Shown: positions 48,288-53,467 of the stretch, in pieces
Layout of the letters: every line of letters begins with the position of its first letter
Numbering within the stretch: position 1 is the first letter of the stretch
Assembly: GCF_900009145.1 (NCBI RefSeq)
Contig: NZ_LN889801.1
Location: forward strand, 278,154-331,620
Source of the DNA: Planktothrix tepida PCC 9214
GTDB taxonomy: Bacteria; Cyanobacteriota; Cyanobacteriia; Cyanobacteriales; Microcoleaceae
Direction: 5' to 3'
Length of the DNA: 53,467 nt
The notes under the pieces: model-generated
Told to the model about the DNA's origin: nothing
Databases searched by the model: none
What the model saw: the letters and a program-made list of their open reading frames with translations, nothing else
Made by a program: the position numbers and the translations under genes

Positions 48288-49574
48288 TTATTTAGATTGA
48301 GCTTGGGTTCCTTGTTTTGTTTTAGCAATTTCACCCTTGAGAATTTCTAACCCTTTAACATATTGAGGATCATCCGTTGTTCCTACTTTTGTCCGATCTT
48401 TTCTTAACTCATCTCGTTGGGCTTCGGTGAGTTCAACTTTAATATCTGGTTGAATTCCTTCATGGTTAATATCTCGACCACTGGGAGTAAAATATTTCGC
48501 AATGGTTACGGCTAAACCTGAACCATTTCCCACCCCTCGGACAGATTGAACTAACCCTTTCCCAAAGGTTTTTGTTCCCACTAAAACCGCCCGTTTGTTA
48601 TCTTGTAAAGCACCGGATAAAATTTCACTGGCGCTGGCTGAACCTCCATCTACTAAAACCACTAAAGGTTTATTGGTTAAAGCGCGATTATTTGCTTTTT
48701 GACGGTCTGTTTCCCCTTGACGATCAACCGTAGAAACAATATCGCCTTGATTTAACCACATCCGAGCAATTTCAATGCTAGAATACAGTAATCCCCCTGG
48801 ATTTGAACGTAAATCAAGGATATAACCCGCCACATTTTGTTTCTCTAAATCATTAATGGCTTCGCGCATTTCTTCGGCGGCATTAGCGCTAAAAGTATTT
48901 AAGCGAATATAACCAATTTCTCCCGCCGAACTGGGATTTTTAGACGAACGAACCGGATGAATTTCAATGCGATCGCGAGTAATATTAAAATCTAAAGGTT
49001 TATCTCCCCGTAATATTTTAATATTAACTTTTGTTCCCACCGGCCCCCGAATTAAACTCACCGCTTCATTAATATCCATTCCCTCAGTGGTGCGACCATC
49101 AATTTCACTAATAATATCTTGAGCTTGAACTCCGGCGGTAAAGGCGGGAGAACCTTCAATGGGAGAAATCACCACTAACTTTTTCGTCTTTTCATCTTGG
49201 GTTAATTGAATGCCGACCCCGGTTAATTCCCCAGAAGTATCAATTTGCATATTTTTGAATTCTTCGGGGTTCATGAAGCGCGTGTAGGGGTCGTCGAGCT
49301 TCTTCAACATTTCCCGAATAGCGGTGTAGGCTTGTTCGTCGCTGGTGTAGTTGCGGTTTAAATATTCAGTGCGAACAGCCGTCCAGTCCACTTGATTAAA
49401 GGTTCCATCGACATAACTTTTATGGATCACCTGCCAAACTTCGTCAATTAACTCCTTGGGACTTTCCCGAAAGGATGCTTGACTCGAAAGATGAATTCCC
49501 GCCCCTGCAACCGCTACAGCCGTTAACATCACTGCCGTTGCACCAAGAACAAGCCCACTTCTTGAAATAACCAT
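48288..49574 (-). CDS. ctpA: Carboxyl-terminal processing protease (S41 family)
   Basis: 428 aa with a signal peptide. A PDZ domain (GVGIQL...VISPIEGSPA) is followed by the S41 catalytic region (GGSASASEI...TFGKG, Ser/Lys dyad). Confidence 0.85.
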   Translation of the reverse strand: MVISRSGLVLGATAVMLTAVAVAGAGIHLSSQASFRESPKELIDEVWQVIHKSYVDGTFNQVDWTAVRTEYLNRNYTSDEQAYTAIREMLKKLDDPYTRFMNPEEFKNMQIDTSGELTGVGIQLTQDEKTKKLVVISPIEGSPAFTAGVQAQDIISEIDGRTTEGMDINEAVSLIRGPVGTKVNIKILRGDKPLDFNITRDRIEIHPVRSSKNPSSAGEIGYIRLNTFSANAAEEMREAINDLEKQNVAGYILDLRSNPGGLLYSSIEIARMWLNQGDIVSTVDRQGETDRQKANNRALTNKPLVVLVDGGSASASEILSGALQDNKRAVLVGTKTFGKGLVQSVRGVGNGSGLAVTIAKYFTPSGRDINHEGIQPDIKVELTEAQRDELRKDRTKVGTTDDPQYVKGLEILKGEIAKTKQGTQAQSK

Positions 49575-49670
49575 CTGTTTGTTGAACCAGAAAATATAAA
49601 TTTCAATATCAATACGCCCAATGTAGCACAGGTTTCAGTTGACTGTTGACCGTTATAGCGCGTAGAGCTA

Positions 49671-49782
49671 GGGAACTGTGAACTGGGAACAGGATTTAGT
49701 AGAGACGTGCCAAAAGCCTACGGCATGGCTGGGCCCAGGCGCGTCTCTACATGAATTAAATTGTCTCTACATGAATTAAATT
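49671..49782. repeat. Composite repeat containing a GGGAAC-like heptamer tract, a long GTAGAGACG...CGTCTCTAC hairpin and a 20-bp tandem duplication (GTCTCTACATGAATTAAATT x2)
   Basis: gggaactgtgaactgggaacagg...gtagagacgtgccaaaagcctacggcatggctgggcccaggcgcgtctctacatgaattaaattgtctctacatgaattaaatt. The duplication abuts or overlaps the 3' end of ispG. Confidence 0.7.
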
Positions 49783-51001
49783 AAGGATCAACCCAACGGC
49801 CATCCGCTTTAATTAAGTTAATTAATTCTTCTACCCCTTGGGTTTCAGGGACTTTTTTAATCTCTTCTCGACCGCGATAAAGAGAAATAAAACCGGGTTG
49901 TTTACCCACATAACCATAGTCTGCATCGGCCATTTCTCCGGGGCCATTGACAATACATCCCATCACCGCAATATCTAACCCGGTTAAATGTTTTGTGGCT
50001 TCGCGGACTTGATGTAAAACTTCTTCTAAGTTAAATAAAGTGCGACCGCAGGACGGACAAGCGACATATTCCACCATCGTTTTCCGCAGCCCTAACGCTT
50101 GCAGAATACTATAACAAACGGGAATTTCTTTTTCAGGTGCTTCGGTTAAAGAAACCCGAATGGTATCGCCAATTCCTCCAGCTAATAATGTACCAATTCC
50201 AGCCGTTGATTTAATCCGACCATATTCTCCATCTCCGGCTTCTGTCACCCCTAAATGTAAGGGATAATCCATCCCTAATTCATCCATCCGTTTGACCATT
50301 AAACGGTTCGCTGCGACCATCACCGGAACCCGTGACGCCTTGAGGGAAATCACAATATTTTGAAAATCCAAAGATTCACATATTTTAATAAATTCTAACG
50401 CCGATTCCACCATGCCTTCGGGAGTATCGCCATAAGTAAATAACATTCGTTCTGCTAAAGAACCATGATTCACACCAATTCGCATGGCTTTTCCTTGATC
50501 ACGCAAAGAAACCACTAAAGGTTCTAAGGTTTGCCTAATTTTATCGCCAATTTCATCAAATTCAGATTGAGTATATTCGGTGCGATCGCTTTTCGGTTTT
50601 TCAAACACATATAACCCTGGATTAATTCGCACTTTATCGACATATTTTGCCACTTCCAGGGCGATTTTCATGCCATTGTGATGAACATCCGCCACTAAGG
50701 GAACAGGTTGATATGTTTCGGCTAATTTCTGTTTAATTTTGCCAACAGCCGTCGCATGACCCACACTCGGAACCGTCACCCGCACAATTTCACACCCAAT
50801 TTCATGCAAACGACGTACCGCCGCCGTCGCCCCATCAATATCCATCGTATCTTCATTAATCATCGATTGGACAACAACCGGATGACCTCCCCCAATGGTC
50901 ACAGTTCCCACCTGGACAGGACGAGTCTTGCGGCGGTGAATCATCGTATCCACCGGAGTTTGATCGGATGTCGGTTGAGTTGGAACAGGTAAAGTTTGCA
51001 T
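49781..51001 (-). CDS. ispG: 4-hydroxy-3-methylbut-2-en-1-yl diphosphate synthase (GcpE)
   Basis: 406 aa. The C-terminal [4Fe-4S] ligand motif CPSCGRT...GCIVNGPGE and the N-terminal TIM-barrel block VQSM...RVTV are diagnostic. Confidence 0.9.
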   Translation of the reverse strand: MQTLPVPTQPTSDQTPVDTMIHRRKTRPVQVGTVTIGGGHPVVVQSMINEDTMDIDGATAAVRRLHEIGCEIVRVTVPSVGHATAVGKIKQKLAETYQPVPLVADVHHNGMKIALEVAKYVDKVRINPGLYVFEKPKSDRTEYTQSEFDEIGDKIRQTLEPLVVSLRDQGKAMRIGVNHGSLAERMLFTYGDTPEGMVESALEFIKICESLDFQNIVISLKASRVPVMVAANRLMVKRMDELGMDYPLHLGVTEAGDGEYGRIKSTAGIGTLLAGGIGDTIRVSLTEAPEKEIPVCYSILQALGLRKTMVEYVACPSCGRTLFNLEEVLHQVREATKHLTGLDIAVMGCIVNGPGEMADADYGYVGKQPGFISLYRGREEIKKVPETQGVEELINLIKADGRWVDP

Positions 51002-51236
51002 AGTTAATAATAGATTTCTGTCAATCAGCGATCAGAATAGTGTCTCCTATTAACTAATAGATTGCCATAAAAGGGGCATTTGGGGAATGACCCGGGCGGA
51101 TACTGAAGGGGTTAGGGAGGAAAGACAGAATTTATTTTACAATTTAAACTACGCTTAACTTTATTTTTTATTTATAACCTTAATCAATTAAAATCACACT
51201 AGGGATTGCACCAATTCAGAAGGAATCACAAGACCT

Positions 51237-53075
51237 ATGTACATGAATGATTATCTTAAAGACAAACAAGCTGAGTTTATTCATCGCCTCAAAAATGGAT
51301 TAAATAGTTTACTCTTTTATGAAAGACCGGGAATTTATGGAGAGATTAAAACCCTTTCGGGTCAGGACTTAAACCCCATTCGTCAACACGCTTGGGATAT
51401 GGTTAGAAAATATCGGAAAGCTGACCCTCAAGTGGTTTTCAGAAATACGATGATGGGAAAACTGGGAGAAGAAATCGTTAAGAAATATTTAGGAGATTTT
51501 GTCGGTAATATTAACTATGAAATTATCCCAGAAACTGGCGATGGTCTGATCGATCTCCGTATTAGTACGGATTATTCGATTGGAATTCAAGTGAAAACTC
51601 GCTATAGTTCTCCAACAATGGCGCAATGGTGGGTGAGTTGGGAAGAAATTACTAAAAATCAAGCTATTGTTTGTATCTTAATTTATTCTAATTCTCAGAC
51701 TATTGTTAAATTTGATGAGTTTAAATCCGAATATTCTGCTATTATTGCTGGGTTTCTTCCCGCTCGTTTACTTCAAAAGCGCATTGAACAAAAAGAAATC
51801 AGTTTAGAATATTATCAAAATCACAGTATTGTTAAATTGCAGATTAATGACTTACATTATGGCGACGGTCTAAGGAATTTCTTAAAAGGCTTAACCAATA
51901 ATCCTGATTTTTACCTAGAATCTGGGTTAAATTGTGCTGAACAACAGGGAGATTATCAAACCGCCATTAAAAATTATACGAAAGCATTACAACTACAACC
52001 TACTTATGCAGATGCCTATCGTTATCGCGGAATAGCTTATTTTAAAATAGGTCAAAAACAGGCAGCCATTGATAATTTATTAGATGCTTCCGATTTATAT
52101 TCTAAACAAGGGAATATTAAGGCAGTTCAAGAAATTAATTTCATGATTCGAGATGTTCAAAAAATCAATGAACCTCTCTCAACAGTCGAAAAATGGAATT
52201 GTATCCAAACTCTAAAACTCCATTCCGCTAATATTTTTTGCTGTACTATCAGCACCAACGGTCAAATTTTAGTCACCGGAAGTAAAGATAAAACCGTTAA
52301 GGTTTTAAATCCTCAAACTGGAGAACTATTGCACAGTTTTATCGGACATCACGATCATATTTATGCCGTTGCTATTAGTCCCAATTCTTCTATAATTGCC
52401 AGTGGGAGTTGTGATAATACTATAAAACTCTGGAATTTACAAACCGGAGCATTAATCAAAACTATTAAGCTTAATTCCCATTATATTACCAGTTTAAAAT
52501 TTACTCCCGATGGCGAAAACTTAATTAGTGGCTGTTGGGATTATAGCGTGCAGTTATGGAAAGTCGCCACTGGAGAAAACCTCAGAACCCTTTATAAACA
52601 TTCTGGGGGTGTTGATTGTGTCGATATGACTTCCAATTGGGATTTTATTGTTAGTGGGGGAAGGGATAGAAAAGTGATTATTTGGGACTTGAGAAATATG
52701 AAAATTTGCCGAACTTTAATTCAACGATTTTATATTCGATCTTTAGCTATTAGTCCCGATAATCAATTTATTGTCACCAGTAGCGATGACGGTAAACTCT
52801 TTATTTGGAATCTGCAAAAAGGTCAACTTATTCGCACGTTAAATCATCATAAAAATTGGGTTTATACCGTTGCAATTAGTCCCGATGGCAATAGAATTGT
52901 CAGTGGTAGCGCTGATCAAACCCTGAATATCTGGAATCTACACACTGGAGAATTAATCGAGAGTTTAAACCCTCAAGGCGGTGCAATTTATTCCGTTACT
53001 TTTATTACCCCCGATGGTCATACTTTCGCTAGTAGTCATGGAGATGGAAGCATTAAAATTTGGAAACAGAGTTAG
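51237..53075 (+). CDS. TPR plus WD40-repeat protein with an unassigned roughly 220-aa N-terminal domain that may be nuclease-like
   Basis: 612 aa. TPR units lie around aa 230-310 (YQTAIKNYTKALQLQPTYADAYRYRGIAYFKIGQ). Seven or more WD40 blades follow (GHHDHIYAVAISP..., SGSCDNTIKLWNL, SGGRDRKVIIWDL, SGSADQTLNIWNL, DGSIKIWK). The N-domain carries a GDGLIDLR...IGIQVK pattern. Confidence 0.75.
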   Translation: MYMNDYLKDKQAEFIHRLKNGLNSLLFYERPGIYGEIKTLSGQDLNPIRQHAWDMVRKYRKADPQVVFRNTMMGKLGEEIVKKYLGDFVGNINYEIIPETGDGLIDLRISTDYSIGIQVKTRYSSPTMAQWWVSWEEITKNQAIVCILIYSNSQTIVKFDEFKSEYSAIIAGFLPARLLQKRIEQKEISLEYYQNHSIVKLQINDLHYGDGLRNFLKGLTNNPDFYLESGLNCAEQQGDYQTAIKNYTKALQLQPTYADAYRYRGIAYFKIGQKQAAIDNLLDASDLYSKQGNIKAVQEINFMIRDVQKINEPLSTVEKWNCIQTLKLHSANIFCCTISTNGQILVTGSKDKTVKVLNPQTGELLHSFIGHHDHIYAVAISPNSSIIASGSCDNTIKLWNLQTGALIKTIKLNSHYITSLKFTPDGENLISGCWDYSVQLWKVATGENLRTLYKHSGGVDCVDMTSNWDFIVSGGRDRKVIIWDLRNMKICRTLIQRFYIRSLAISPDNQFIVTSSDDGKLFIWNLQKGQLIRTLNHHKNWVYTVAISPDGNRIVSGSADQTLNIWNLHTGELIESLNPQGGAIYSVTFITPDGHTFASSHGDGSIKIWKQS

Positions 53076-53116
53076 AGAATAGCTAGAGATTTCGTTATTA
53101 TGATTAAAAGACAACC

Positions 53117-53440
53117 TTAAATCGCAGCACCCACCATTGCAATTTTCCGGTATTCTTCGGCTGCATTTTGGCAAGCTGTAGCACAGCTTTGACAGTGAGT
53201 ATTATTGTGTTTTTGACATTCTTTAGCGCAAGCTTCACAAATTTCTAAACAAGTCCGACACAGAGGCGCAATAAAGCGGGAACCACGACTCATAAACCCT
53301 GCAATTGTCCAACATAGTTGTCCAATAGAAATAAACATTACTAAAACTACTATAGCAATCCTATTTGAGTTGTATCCAAAATTTCTGCTCAAAAGGGAAC
53401 AGGGAACAGGGAACAGGGGTAATACTTCTAGCTGTTTCAT
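53117..53440 (-). CDS. Small Cys-rich membrane protein with a four-helix-bundle Csp/DUF326-like CxxxC motif pattern. The annotated start is probably too far upstream.
   Basis: The C-terminus reads CRTCLEICEACAKECQKHNNTHCQSCATACQNAAEEY, with regularly spaced Cys like Csp/DUF326 helices. It is preceded by a TM helix. The first roughly 30 codons of the ORF are encoded by the (GGGAACA)n repeat at 53395-53419, so the real start is more likely the Met at about 53338 or 53281. Confidence 0.4.
   Translation of the reverse strand: MKQLEVLPLFPVPCSLLSRNFGYNSNRIAIVVLVMFISIGQLCWTIAGFMSRGSRFIAPLCRTCLEICEACAKECQKHNNTHCQSCATACQNAAEEYRKIAMVGAAI
53395..53419. repeat. (GGGAACA)3-4 micro-repeat
   Basis: gggaacagggaacagggaacagggg. 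Confidence 0.8.
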
Positions 53441-53467
53441 ATCAGTTTTAAATTATCACAACCTATT

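Noticed and set aside
48249-48290. Hairpin gggcgagtgttcccgccc between dgkA and ctpA as a terminator
   Set aside because: It is not followed by a U-run in the orientation of the upstream gene (ctpA, minus strand). It may be a regulatory or REP-like hairpin, but its terminator function is unsupported.
12671-53419. Possible CRISPR array suggested by the recurring GGGAACA-type repeats
   Set aside because: The repeats are 7-nt tandem units of 2-5 copies with no spacers. They are scattered singly across the window and no cas genes are present. They are microsatellite-like repeats, not CRISPR.

Overview
This 53.5-kb window looks like a chromosomal segment from a cyanobacterium, most likely a filamentous Oscillatoriales-type genome. 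The organism call rests on three things read directly from the sequence. Hallmark photosynthesis genes are present: the petC-petA operon (cytochrome b6f Rieske subunit and cytochrome f) and a full-length psaB. The HIP1 octamer GCGATCGC is very frequent. The DNA is AT-rich and carries dispersed heptanucleotide micro-repeats (GGGAACA)n. About 40 protein-coding genes can be supported. Most are housekeeping or envelope functions: M23 peptidase, aldo/keto reductase, IscA/HesB, two DppC-type ABC permeases, an alpha/beta hydrolase, DgkA, CtpA, IspG, an AI-2E transporter, a KMO-like FAD monooxygenase, a polysaccharide deacetylase, and HD and EEP hydrolases. Four regions stand out. (1) At 30897-33515 there is an 872-aa, uninterrupted, full-length homologue of the eukaryotic major vault protein (MVP). 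All recognisable MVP regions are present (N-terminal repeats, shoulder, cap-helix, C-terminal cap). It sits as a single gene between cyanobacterial genes and is flanked by the host repeat family. This is the most striking element in the window. (2) At 18243-30771 there is a co-oriented signalling block. It contains a NERD nuclease-like domain fused to a UvrD-like helicase and pentapeptide repeats (969 aa), a 2108-aa multidomain protein (atypical Ser/Thr-kinase-like domain, P-loop NTPase, TPR-like helical repeats, GAF, two PAS domains, class-III adenylyl cyclase), a tightly coupled Gpt-like phosphoribosyltransferase, a pterin-4a-carbinolamine dehydratase, and a GAF-HD-GYP phosphodiesterase. (3) psaB stands alone with no psaA upstream, and an orphan ParD-family antitoxin lies immediately downstream of it. 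(4) A dispersed intergenic repeat system combines (GGGAACA)n, (AATTACG)n, a conserved 32-nt element and TGTAGAGACG...CGTCTCTACA hairpins. At least once this hairpin acts as a terminator-like structure. No tRNA, rRNA or CRISPR array was found. Two short ORFs with unusually strong Shine-Dalgarno sequences and two candidate structured non-coding regions are flagged at low confidence. All domain calls come from reading motifs in the translated ORFs. No database search was run.
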